This document shows, piece after piece, positions 1-7,443 of a DNA stretch of 16,252 bases. Origin of the DNA: Candidatus Krumholzibacteriota bacterium (GTDB lineage Bacteria > Krumholzibacteriota > Krumholzibacteriia > LZORAL124-64-63); contig JBDLKA010000083.1 of the NCBI GenBank assembly GCA_039714075.1, positions 1-16,252 of the forward strand, read 5' to 3'. Made by a program: the position numbers and the translations under genes. The notes beneath the pieces are model-generated. The model was not told the DNA's origin. It was given only the letters and a program-made list of their open reading frames with translations, and did not search any database. The first letter of the stretch is position 1, and every line of letters begins with the position of its first letter.

Positions 1-38
1 AACCCCCCGAACCGGGGACGCTCTTTGCCCGGCCGACC

Positions 39-845
39 CTACCGATAGTACCCCAACGCTTCGGGCATGCGTTCGTTCAGTTCGCGGATGCGCGTGGCGT
101 CGGATGGATGCGTGGACATGAACTCGGGCGGTTTGCCCCCACCCCCCGCGGACATCCGTTCCCAGAATTTGGGCGCCTCGCGCGGATCGAACCCGGCCAT
201 CGCCATGAAGATCAGGCCCATGTGATCGGCTTCGCTTTCGTGCTTGCGGCTGTAGGGCAGCATGGCGCCGTACTGGGCGCCCACGGCGAAGGCCGACATG
301 TAGATGGCCTGCGTCTCCTGGGGCTTGGACTTGACGGCTTCGGACAGGGCCATCCCGCCCAGCTGCAGGGCCATCTGCTGGCTCATGCGTTCGCCGCCGT
401 GTTCGGCGATGGCGTGGGCGATCTCGTGGCCCATGACCACCGCGACCCCGACATCATCCCGGCAGATCGGCAGGATGCCTGTATAGAAGGCCACCTTGCC
501 GCCGGGCATGCACCAGGCATTGGCCTGGTCGCTTTCGATGAGGTTGAATTCCCAGTCGTAGCCCTTCAGATGGCTGGACATGCCGTTATCCCGGAAATAC
601 TTCTCCACCGCGCCCTGGATGCGCACGCCGACCCGCTTGATCATGGCCGTGGCCTCGGCGTCGGTGCTGAGCTGGCTTTCGGCGATCACCTGGTCGTACT
701 GCTGGAAACTCATGGCGTTCATTTCACTGTCTGAAATAAGGCTCAGCTGCTTGCGTCCGGTGATCGGCACCGTGGCGCAGGCCACCAGCAGGACGGCCGC
801 CAGCAGCAGGATGGGGGCGGATATCATTATTCTATTGCGAATCAT
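39..845 (-). CDS. M48 family Zn-metallopeptidase lipoprotein (LoiP/YggG/Oma1-like)
   Basis: HEIAH zinc motif, NAWCMPGGKVAFYTG, YSRKHESEADHMG and EFMSTHPS motifs, and a lipobox LVAC followed by ATVPITGRKQL. Start moved to ATG at 845 because GGAGG lies just upstream on the minus strand. Confidence 0.93.
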   Translation of the reverse strand: MIRNRIMISAPILLLAAVLLVACATVPITGRKQLSLISDSEMNAMSFQQYDQVIAESQLSTDAEATAMIKRVGVRIQGAVEKYFRDNGMSSHLKGYDWEFNLIESDQANAWCMPGGKVAFYTGILPICRDDVGVAVVMGHEIAHAIAEHGGERMSQQMALQLGGMALSEAVKSKPQETQAIYMSAFAVGAQYGAMLPYSRKHESEADHMGLIFMAMAGFDPREAPKFWERMSAGGGGKPPEFMSTHPSDATRIRELNERMPEALGYYR

Positions 846-995
846 TTCGTTTCCTCCGATTACGGTACGGATCAGCAACCTAACCTGTGCCCAATCAGTT
901 TAACGCCCCGCCCCCACCCTTGCAATCGGATGATGGCTGGCCTAATCTCCGGGCCATTGAAATGTCGCCCCCGGCCATCCACCCCCAGGAGACCC

Positions 996-2402
996 ATGCG
1001 CCGCCTTTCTCTTTTCATCCTGTTGCTGGCCACAGGAATGGCCCCACACGCCGCCGCCCAGGACAGCCACTACTGGGACAACCAGTACGGCACCAAGGGA
1101 GAGCTGCTCGGCGGCGTGGTGGTTGGCAGCCGCAGCGACTTGAGCGCCACCTTCTACAACCCGGGGTGGATCGCCCTGCACGTCGACCCTTCTCTCCTGT
1201 TGACCACCATGGCCGCGGAAGCCTACTCCATCAAGCTGAAGGACGGGTTGGACCGGAGCGACGATCCGTCCAGTTCCACCGTCACCACCTCTCCGGGATT
1301 TTTGGCGGGCCGGTTCACCACCGGCAAGCACAGCGACTGGCAGTGGGCCTATTCCTATCTCCAGAAGGTCAAGTTCGAGTTCGATGCCACCGGCATCAGG
1401 GTCGATGAAAGCACGGCTCCGCCGCCGCAGGGCAACTTCTGGTTTTCCGGGGAGGCGTTCCGCAAGGCCACGGCCAACGAATACTGGTACGGGGCCACCT
1501 TCTCCCGGAAGATCCGCCCCAATGTCGGTCTCGGTTTTACCCCCTATGTCGTGCAGCGGTCCATGAGTTCACGCATCCAGGTTGCCGCGCAGGGTCTGGA
1601 CGGTGCCGAAAATTTCGCCCAGGCCTACGGTGTGGACGAGTACGACTTCTGGCATGTGCGCCTGTTGGCCAAGATCGGCCTGGCCATGGAAAAAGGGAAC
1701 ATGTCCTACGGGGTGACCTTGACCACACCCAGCCTGGGACTGTTCGGCAGCGGAAACGTTTATACGACCAGCAGTGTTTCGGGACTGGACCAGGACCAGG
1801 ACGGCAATATCGACGATCCCTATCTTTCGGCCAATCTGCAGGAGGGTCTTTCCGCCACCTGGAAGTCCCCCATGTCCCTGGCCTTCGGCGCGTCCTGGAA
1901 AGCCCACGCCACCGGCTGGCATCTGACGGTGGAATGGTACAATGCCGTAAAGACACGCCCGGCCATGGAAGCGGACGACTTCCTGTCCCAGTCCGGATCA
2001 CCCGGACAGAAGGTGGCGAATACCTACAATCTGAATTTCGGGGCCAAAAGCCTGATCAATTTCGGTGTGGCCTTCGACCATGCCTTCTCCGAAAAATTTT
2101 CCCTGTACGGCGCCTTCCGGTCGGATTTTTCGTCCCTCCCCGACGTGGACGCGGACGATCTGCAGATCGCCAACTGGGATCTGTGGCACCTCAGCTCCGG
2201 GGCCTCGTTCACCTTTCTCAACATCGAGTTCACCGCGGGATTGCAATACAGTTTCGGATCCGGCGACAACGAGCGCTTCCTCAATTTCAACCAGGATGAA
2301 AACGGCGATGTCCTGGGGGATTTCGGGATACATGAAATCACCTACCGGCGCCTGAAGGCGCTGATAGGATTCAATATGCCTTTCGGTGAAACGTCGGGTT
2401 AG
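996..2402 (+). CDS. Outer-membrane beta-barrel of the OmpP1/FadL/TodX-like type
   Basis: Signal peptide MRRLSLFILLLATGMAPHAAA. The N-terminal hatch-like motif YGTKGELLGG...DLSATFYNPG resembles FadL G-R-GMGGA...DASA.YYNPA. Many alternating amphipathic strands. AGGAG RBS precedes ATG 996. Confidence 0.72.
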   Translation: MRRLSLFILLLATGMAPHAAAQDSHYWDNQYGTKGELLGGVVVGSRSDLSATFYNPGWIALHVDPSLLLTTMAAEAYSIKLKDGLDRSDDPSSSTVTTSPGFLAGRFTTGKHSDWQWAYSYLQKVKFEFDATGIRVDESTAPPPQGNFWFSGEAFRKATANEYWYGATFSRKIRPNVGLGFTPYVVQRSMSSRIQVAAQGLDGAENFAQAYGVDEYDFWHVRLLAKIGLAMEKGNMSYGVTLTTPSLGLFGSGNVYTTSSVSGLDQDQDGNIDDPYLSANLQEGLSATWKSPMSLAFGASWKAHATGWHLTVEWYNAVKTRPAMEADDFLSQSGSPGQKVANTYNLNFGAKSLINFGVAFDHAFSEKFSLYGAFRSDFSSLPDVDADDLQIANWDLWHLSSGASFTFLNIEFTAGLQYSFGSGDNERFLNFNQDENGDVLGDFGIHEITYRRLKALIGFNMPFGETSG

Positions 2403-2514
2403 ACCGCGGAAATTTTAGTTGGCCCGCGCCCGGGCCCTGGCGTAGGTTGTAGTCATTCAGTTCCCATCCGGTCCCCCGGGGCCGATCGTTTGCCTTTATT
2501 GCGGAGGTGTTCCC

Positions 2515-3069
2515 TTGTACAGCGCGCGAAACCTTTTCTCCGGACTGCTGGTTCTGGTTCTGCTGGCTTCGCTTGCCGGCTGCTCGAACCTGTCGGTCAA
2601 TTACGATTACGACCAGAACGTCGAGTGGTCCAAGTTCAAGACGTACGGCTGGATCGATGTTCCCCTGCAACCCTCCGACCCCACCGGCCCCCTGCAGGAT
2701 ACGGAATTGCTGCGTAAGCGCATCCACAACTCGGTCGCCTACGAGATGGAACAGCGCGGCATCGCCCCGGGCGACAACCCCGACCTGCTGTTGGTCTACC
2801 ACCTGGGAGCCAAGGAAAAGATCCAGGTCACCGATTGGGGTTACCGCTACTCCGACTATTACTGGGGATACGGGGGGCGGCAGATCGACGTCTACCAGTT
2901 CACCGAAGGCTCGCTGGTCCTCGATCTGATCGACGCGGAATCGAAAAGCCTGGTCTGGCGCGGTACCGGCACCGGCATCGTGGACCAGTCCAAGAGAACG
3001 CCCGAGGAAATGCAGGACCGGGCGGACAACGTCATCAACAAGATCATGGAAAGTTTCCCGCCGCACTAG
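2515..3069 (+). CDS. DUF4136 domain lipoprotein
   Basis: Lipobox LAGC, then DYDQNVEWSKFKTYGW, PDLLLVYH and EGSLVLDLIDAESKSLVWRGTG, typical of DUF4136. GGAGG at 2503-2507 precedes the TTG start. Confidence 0.88.
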   Translation: MYSARNLFSGLLVLVLLASLAGCSNLSVNYDYDQNVEWSKFKTYGWIDVPLQPSDPTGPLQDTELLRKRIHNSVAYEMEQRGIAPGDNPDLLLVYHLGAKEKIQVTDWGYRYSDYYWGYGGRQIDVYQFTEGSLVLDLIDAESKSLVWRGTGTGIVDQSKRTPEEMQDRADNVINKIMESFPPH

Positions 3070-3078
3070 CGGGCGGGT

Positions 3079-3096
3079 TCCCGTCAGGGGACGGGA
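3079..3096. terminator. Short hairpin between convergent DUF4136 and HDOD genes
   Basis: TCCCGTC-AGGG-GACGGGA perfect 7-bp stem in the 27-bp gap between two stop codons. No U-tract. Confidence 0.4.
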
Positions 3097-3990
3097 TCAT
3101 TCGGCGTAGTCCCGGAAGATCCCGTCCAGGCCCACCAGGTTCTGCCTGATGTCCCAGATGACCTGGCCCCACTTGTCCTCCGGCAAACCGATGAACTCCC
3201 CCATTTCCCGGAATTTTTCCCAGGGCACATCCTCGCTCAGATTGATGTCCTGCTTGCGGCCAAGACCCCAATGGGCGCAGATTTTTTCGGCCAGGCCCAA
3301 AACGGCCGCGCCGAGGTTCCAATCGCCCGCCTGCGTATAATCGTGATGATGCCTGACACAGGCCGTGATCGATTCCGGCAGATTCCACTGGTTCAGGATG
3401 TACTCCCCCAGCTCGGCGTGGTTCAGGCCCACGGCCGCGGTTTCGTCCCGGCGATCGACATGCTTTCCGTCCATCGGCGGCAGGAATTCATCGATGATCA
3501 ACTGGCCGACATCGTGCAACAGCCCGGCCACATAGGCTTCCTCGCTGCGCAGGGTACACTCCGGGGAGGCATCCACCAGCACCCGGCTGGTCTGGGCGAC
3601 GCCCAGGGAATGTCTCCAGAATCCCCTGTCCGGGTCGTAGTCGTAATTCAGCAGGGAACGTCGCGTCAGCCCCTCGGTGCTGACCGCGAACACGATTTTC
3701 TTCAGATTTACCAGGCCGATCAGGACCACCGCTTCGGGAATGGAATTGATGGAGCGCGAACGACCGTACAGCCCGCTGTTGGCCAGCTTCAACACCCGGG
3801 CCACCAGGGCCTGGTCCTTGCTGATGACCGCTTCGAAATCCCTGGCGGTGAAATATTCACGCTGGGACAGTTCCAGGAACTCGAGGACCACCGAATTCAG
3901 GCTCGGCAGGGTCTCCATTTTTTCCAGAACCTCGAACCTCAGGTTTCGCCACGGTCTTTCCGCAACAACCGGTGTCGAAGGAGCGTTCAT
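3097..3990 (-). CDS. HDOD domain signal-transduction protein
   Basis: LPSL, ISKDQALVARVLKLANSGLYG, SIPEAVVLIG, FWRHSLGVA, AGLLHDVG, NHAELGEYILNQWNLPESI and RHHH motifs. Confidence 0.92.
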   Translation of the reverse strand: MNAPSTPVVAERPWRNLRFEVLEKMETLPSLNSVVLEFLELSQREYFTARDFEAVISKDQALVARVLKLANSGLYGRSRSINSIPEAVVLIGLVNLKKIVFAVSTEGLTRRSLLNYDYDPDRGFWRHSLGVAQTSRVLVDASPECTLRSEEAYVAGLLHDVGQLIIDEFLPPMDGKHVDRRDETAAVGLNHAELGEYILNQWNLPESITACVRHHHDYTQAGDWNLGAAVLGLAEKICAHWGLGRKQDINLSEDVPWEKFREMGEFIGLPEDKWGQVIWDIRQNLVGLDGIFRDYAE

Positions 3991-4550
3991 TTGAATTCTC
4001 CGTTCGAGTCCACATCAAGGACGATTCCCACGTCGTCTCCGTCACAGGGATTGATGGTGCCGGGCCTGGCCCACAGCCGGCCCGGAAAGGTGTCCGATTT
4101 CCGGTTGGGCCCGGTGGACAACACGGCGATGGCCGTGTCCGTCATCATCACCAGGTAGGGCCGGCCCCAGGGATCGAGGGGAATGTCCTTGAGCCAGGAG
4201 CCGCCGGTAGCGGGGTGGCCGAGGGGAGATCCCGCATCGGAAAGACCCGCCGCCATGGTGGTGTTCGTCTTGTATCCGCCGGCCCGCCCTTCCAGGAGAA
4301 CCGTCAGATCGATGACCCCGTCGGAATTCCGCGGCCACCGCCCGGTATCGGCATGGTAATCCAGGACCGACCTGGCCAATTCCGTTGCTTCGGCCTTCGC
4401 CCTGACCGGGCGTTCCTCGGGAATCAGGCCGCTGAGGAGATTCCACGCCAGCAGCCCCGTTCCCGCCAAAAGGACAATTCCAAGAAGGCCCTGGAATCCC
4501 ATAAATGATTTTTTGAACACAGGTTTCCCCGTTTTTTGTCTGTTCCCCAA
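3987..4550 (-). CDS. Type II secretion GspG-like (T2SSG domain) membrane-anchored protein
   Basis: N-terminal hydrophobic helix, then L..Y..DTGRWP, WLKDIPLDPWGRPY, VLSTGPN and DDVG, all GspG C-domain motifs. Start uncertain: GTG 4550 or ATG 4502. Confidence 0.7.
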   Translation of the reverse strand: MGNRQKTGKPVFKKSFMGFQGLLGIVLLAGTGLLAWNLLSGLIPEERPVRAKAEATELARSVLDYHADTGRWPRNSDGVIDLTVLLEGRAGGYKTNTTMAAGLSDAGSPLGHPATGGSWLKDIPLDPWGRPYLVMMTDTAIAVLSTGPNRKSDTFPGRLWARPGTINPCDGDDVGIVLDVDSNGEFK

Positions 4551-4728
4551 CAGGATTAAAGGTCAATTCCGGCTTAAAATCCGGATCCAAGGGGTATTTC
4601 ACCCACCCCGGAGGTATGCAACCTCCGTTCCAGTCCCTGCGGCCGCGGGCCCGGAAAGGGGCAAAAACCATGAATTTGGCAATATTATGGGGCTGAAGAC
4701 GTTTTCACGGGGGGCCGGATTTTCTGGT

Positions 4729-5520
4729 TCAAACCTCTTTTTTGGGCAGGGTGCCGTCCAGGGCGTCCCGCAGAATGCCTTTGATCTCTTCGCTGAAGTC
4801 CTTGCCGAGCATCCATTCCAGGTAGCTGCGCCCGCGCTGATCGGCGACCACCGCGTTCAGGGATTTGCCCTGGAACTTGCCGAAGGTGAATTCGGCTTCG
4901 CCCTGGTCGTTCCACAGGAACTTGCGCTTGCGGTCCACGTAACGGCCCTCGTCGGGATTGCAGAAGCGGTGCAGGGCGCCGACCTCGTCCGGCACCTCGT
5001 CGTACCGGGCGATCTGGGCGTCGAGGATTTCCAGGGTGGCTTCGGTATCGGCCAGGGCGTTGTGGGCGCCGGTCAGATCCTTGCCGCAATAAAGCCTGTA
5101 GGCCGCGGTCAGGTCGCGCCGCTCCATGGCGTGGAAGATCTTCATGGCGTCCAGGTGCCGGACGCCGGGAAAATCCATTTCGCTGCCCGCGCGCTTCAGT
5201 TCCGCCTGGAGCAGGGGCATATCGAAATTGACCGAATTGAACCCGGCCAGATCCGCTTCGGCGAGATAGTCCTCCACCTCGCGACGGATCTGACTGAAGG
5301 TCGGTTTGTCCCGGACGTCGGCGTCCTTGATCCCGTGCACGGCCGAAGCCTCCGGCGGAATGGGCTGCTCGGGATTGACCAGGGTCTCGAAGGTGGTGCG
5401 GCTGCCGTCGGGATCGACCCGGATCATGGCGATCTGGACGACCCGGTCCTTCTCCACGTTGATGCCGGTGGTCTCCAGGTCGAACACCACCAGCGGGCGG
5501 GTGAGCTTCAGATTCTGCAT
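4729..5520 (-). CDS. DnaQ-like DEDDh 3'-5' exonuclease with C-terminal DUF3820-like domain
   Basis: ExoI VVFDLETTG, ExoII GFNSVNFD and ExoIII AHNALADT. C-terminal FTFGKFQGKSL...YLEWM. Confidence 0.9.
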   Translation of the reverse strand: MQNLKLTRPLVVFDLETTGINVEKDRVVQIAMIRVDPDGSRTTFETLVNPEQPIPPEASAVHGIKDADVRDKPTFSQIRREVEDYLAEADLAGFNSVNFDMPLLQAELKRAGSEMDFPGVRHLDAMKIFHAMERRDLTAAYRLYCGKDLTGAHNALADTEATLEILDAQIARYDEVPDEVGALHRFCNPDEGRYVDRKRKFLWNDQGEAEFTFGKFQGKSLNAVVADQRGRSYLEWMLGKDFSEEIKGILRDALDGTLPKKEV

Positions 5521-5546
5521 GACGGCCTCTCCCGGGGACTATGACA

Positions 5547-5578
5547 AGGAGCCTGCCTCCCGGTGGAAACAGGCTCCT
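5547..5578 (-). terminator. Hairpin downstream of ilvE (probable terminator or processing stem)
   Basis: Minus-strand AGGAGCCUGUUUCC-ACCG-GGAGGCAGGCUCCU, a 14-bp stem whose G-U pairs form only on the minus strand. Weak U tail (UGUCAU). Confidence 0.6.
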
Positions 5579-5604
5579 GGGAAAACCGACTGATCGACGG
5601 AGGA

Positions 5605-6678
5605 TCAGACGTTTTCTAACACGGGAACAACGTGCACCCACTCGGGATGGTGCTTGCTGTTCCCCGCGTGAATCCCGGTCAGTGTAACACGAAGCTTCTC
5701 CGTAAGCTCCCCTTCTTTTCCATTTGCGATCTGATGGTCGGCGCCCTTGAAGTGGATCACACCGACGGGAGTGACCACGGCCGCGGTGCCGCAGGCAAAG
5801 ACTTCCTTCAGCTTGCCGGTGTGGGCGTCTTCGCATACCTCGGCGATGTTGGGCGGATCTTCGACCCAGTTGTATCCCATGTCCTTCAAAAGGATGCCCA
5901 CCGAATCGCGCGTCACCCCGTTGAGGATGGTGTCGCCGGCGGCCGCCGTGATCACCTTGTCTTCGTAAACGAAGGCGATGTTCATGGCGCCCATTTCCTC
6001 GACGTACTTCCTCTCCTTGGCGTCCAGCCAGATGATGTTGTCGTAGCCGGCGTCCTGGGCCTGCTGGATGGGCAGAAGCGACGCCGAGTAGTTGCCGCCG
6101 GTCTTGGCGAAACCGGTGCCGCCTTCGACCGAGCGCACGAACTGCTCCTCGACGCGCAGCCGCAGGGGATTGATGCCCCCCGCAAAGTAGGACCCCACCG
6201 GCCCGATGATGATGTAGAAGATGTAGTCGGTCGAAGCCTTCACGCCCAGACCCGTCTGGGTCGCGATCATGGTCGGCCGGATGTACAGGGCGTTGGGACT
6301 TTCGGGCACCCATTCACGATCCAGATCGATGAGCTGGTCCAGCGCCCGGATGAACAGGTCCGGATCCACCTGGGGCATGCACATGCGCTCGCAGGAAATG
6401 TTGAATCTGGTCACGTTCTTGTCGGGGCGGAACATATGCACCGAACCGTCGTCACCGTTCTGGTAGGCCTTCATGCCCTCGAAGATTTCCTGGCCGTAGT
6501 GCAGCACCTTGGCCGCCGGATCGAGGCTGAAGTTGCCGTAGGGAATGATGCGCGGGTCGCGCCACTGCCCGTCGGAATAATCCATGACGAACATGTGCGG
6601 CGTGAAGATCTGGCCGAATCCGTAATCCCCGTCGGGGGGCGACTGGGGATTGGGGTTCCTGGTGATTGGAATGTTCAT
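5605..6678 (-). CDS. ilvE: Branched-chain amino acid aminotransferase (class IV PLP enzyme)
   Basis: FGQIFTPHM, LHYGQEIFEGMKAY, LYIRP, AKTGGNY (PLP Lys), EEMGAMN, ILNGVTRDS and EVFACGTAAVVTPV. GAGGAGG RBS precedes ATG 6678. Confidence 0.96.
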   Translation of the reverse strand: MNIPITRNPNPQSPPDGDYGFGQIFTPHMFVMDYSDGQWRDPRIIPYGNFSLDPAAKVLHYGQEIFEGMKAYQNGDDGSVHMFRPDKNVTRFNISCERMCMPQVDPDLFIRALDQLIDLDREWVPESPNALYIRPTMIATQTGLGVKASTDYIFYIIIGPVGSYFAGGINPLRLRVEEQFVRSVEGGTGFAKTGGNYSASLLPIQQAQDAGYDNIIWLDAKERKYVEEMGAMNIAFVYEDKVITAAAGDTILNGVTRDSVGILLKDMGYNWVEDPPNIAEVCEDAHTGKLKEVFACGTAAVVTPVGVIHFKGADHQIANGKEGELTEKLRVTLTGIHAGNSKHHPEWVHVVPVLENV

Positions 6679-6832
6679 CCCGTCCTCCTCCTGGCATTTC
6701 GGGCGGAAAGTGAAGGCCGCGGCCCCCGCCACGCCTCAAACCCGAAAAAGGTGTGAAATCACCCTGTATAGAGGGTTTTCATGCTTCAAATTTCGTCATT
6801 TGCGGTGATGAAAGCAAGAATTGGCGCTGGGT

Positions 6833-6876
6833 ATAAAAATACCCGGATGGCCTCTTCGCCCAAGAGACCATCCGGG
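6833..6876 (-). terminator. Intrinsic terminator closing the candidate sRNA
   Basis: CCCGGAUGGUCUCUU-GGGCG-AAGAGGCCAUCCGGG 15-bp stem followed by UAUUUUUAU. Confidence 0.82.
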
Positions 6877-6970
6877 CGGGGGGTGCGACGGAATCGGGTT
6901 CGCCCTTCCGACTCCGCCGCTTTTCAATCCGGCCCCTCGCTCTAAAAGCCGGATTTGGAGGTGTCGCTTG
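6833..6970 (-). ncRNA. Candidate sigma54-dependent small RNA (~138 nt, three stem-loops)
   Basis: Begins 12 nt after a GG-N10-GC promoter. Unpaired 5' CAAGCGACACCUCC, SL1 6955-6926, SL2 6920-6885, SL3 6876-6842, then UAUUUUUAU. Stem irregularities are G-U pairs on the minus strand. No credible ORF. Confidence 0.7.
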
Positions 6971-6980
6971 CCCTGAATAA

Positions 6981-6996
6981 TGCAAAGTTGGTGCCG
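6981..6996 (-). promoter_or_regulatory. Sigma54 (RpoN) -24/-12 promoter
   Basis: Minus strand CGGCACCAACTTTGCA versus consensus TGGCACG-N4-TTGCW, with exact GG-N10-GC spacing (GG 6995-6994, GC 6983-6982). Confidence 0.8.
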
Positions 6997-6997
6997 G

Positions 6998-7141
6998 ATT
7001 TATGGGACACACAGTAACCAACCATGACAAAACAACTTAAGGAATTCGGGCTGTTTTGGGGTCCATTATATTTCTTCTGAATGCCGCCAAAGTGTCCCAT
7101 AAATGTGTCCCGTTTTTGGGCAACCGTGGGACACCGGGACA
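6998..7141. promoter_or_regulatory. Putative enhancer (bEBP UAS) array and AT-rich bending segment
   Basis: Perfect 13-bp inverted repeat ATTTATGGGACAC (6998-7010) / GTGTCCCATAAAT (7092-7104). Further boxes are GTGTCCC 7105-7111, GGGACAC 7128-7134 and GGGACA 7136-7141. An AT-rich segment lies between, at about 7015-7080. Confidence 0.55.
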
Positions 7142-7443
7142 GCCCAAACCCGCCCGCCGAGGGACCTTACCGGGGGGCAGGGGAACTTTTTCCATCGCTC
7201 CGGGTATGGAAGCAGGACCGCAGGTTTTTCAGAAACCCGGTCCCGACATTTTTTCGTCAACCTCATTTTTTCCGGAACGGACGGCGGCAGAATTACCATA
7301 TGACCCCTTGTTAGCCCTACCGGTTCGAATCTCTTGGCAAAATTTTGATGATCTCCACAGTCCTCCCGGCCTACCCCTGGGGCCCGCGGCTGTTCACGAT
7401 CAATGCGAATCAGTGATTCAAGTCACCTTCCTAGGGGGTTGCC

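Noticed and set aside
4685..6313. 542-aa minus-strand ORF and other long overlapping ORFs (4513..5544, 5632..6756, 3271..4158, 11676..12734, 14949..15767)
   Set aside because: These are Arg/Gly/Pro-rich or antisense shadows of well-supported genes.
6833..6970. Riboswitch, T-box or attenuator leader for ilvE, or a CsrA/Rsm sponge
   Set aside because: There is no T-box motif, leader peptide or recognisable aptamer. The terminator is about 155 bp from the ilvE start. GGA motifs are buried in stems rather than displayed in loops. Some read-through into ilvE cannot be excluded.
6957..6976. Plus-strand GGAGGTG as an RBS for a small peptide
   Set aside because: It is followed by TTG CCC TGA (two codons) and is better explained as the minus-strand anti-SD seed.
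6779..7030. 83-aa minus-strand ORF across the sRNA
   Set aside because: It starts upstream of the sigma54 promoter, crosses a strong terminator, has no RBS and shows no protein-like features.
7322..7331. tRNA T-loop-like GGTTCGAATC
   Set aside because: The flanks do not form a T-stem, and there is no cloverleaf or acceptor stem.
7334..7349. Plus-strand sigma54-like TTGGCAAAATTTTGAT
   Set aside because: There is no GC at the required GG-N10 position.
7407..7419. Palindrome GAATCA-G-TGATTC upstream of the barrel gene
   Set aside because: It could be an operator, but a single 6-bp-arm palindrome is not distinguishable from chance.
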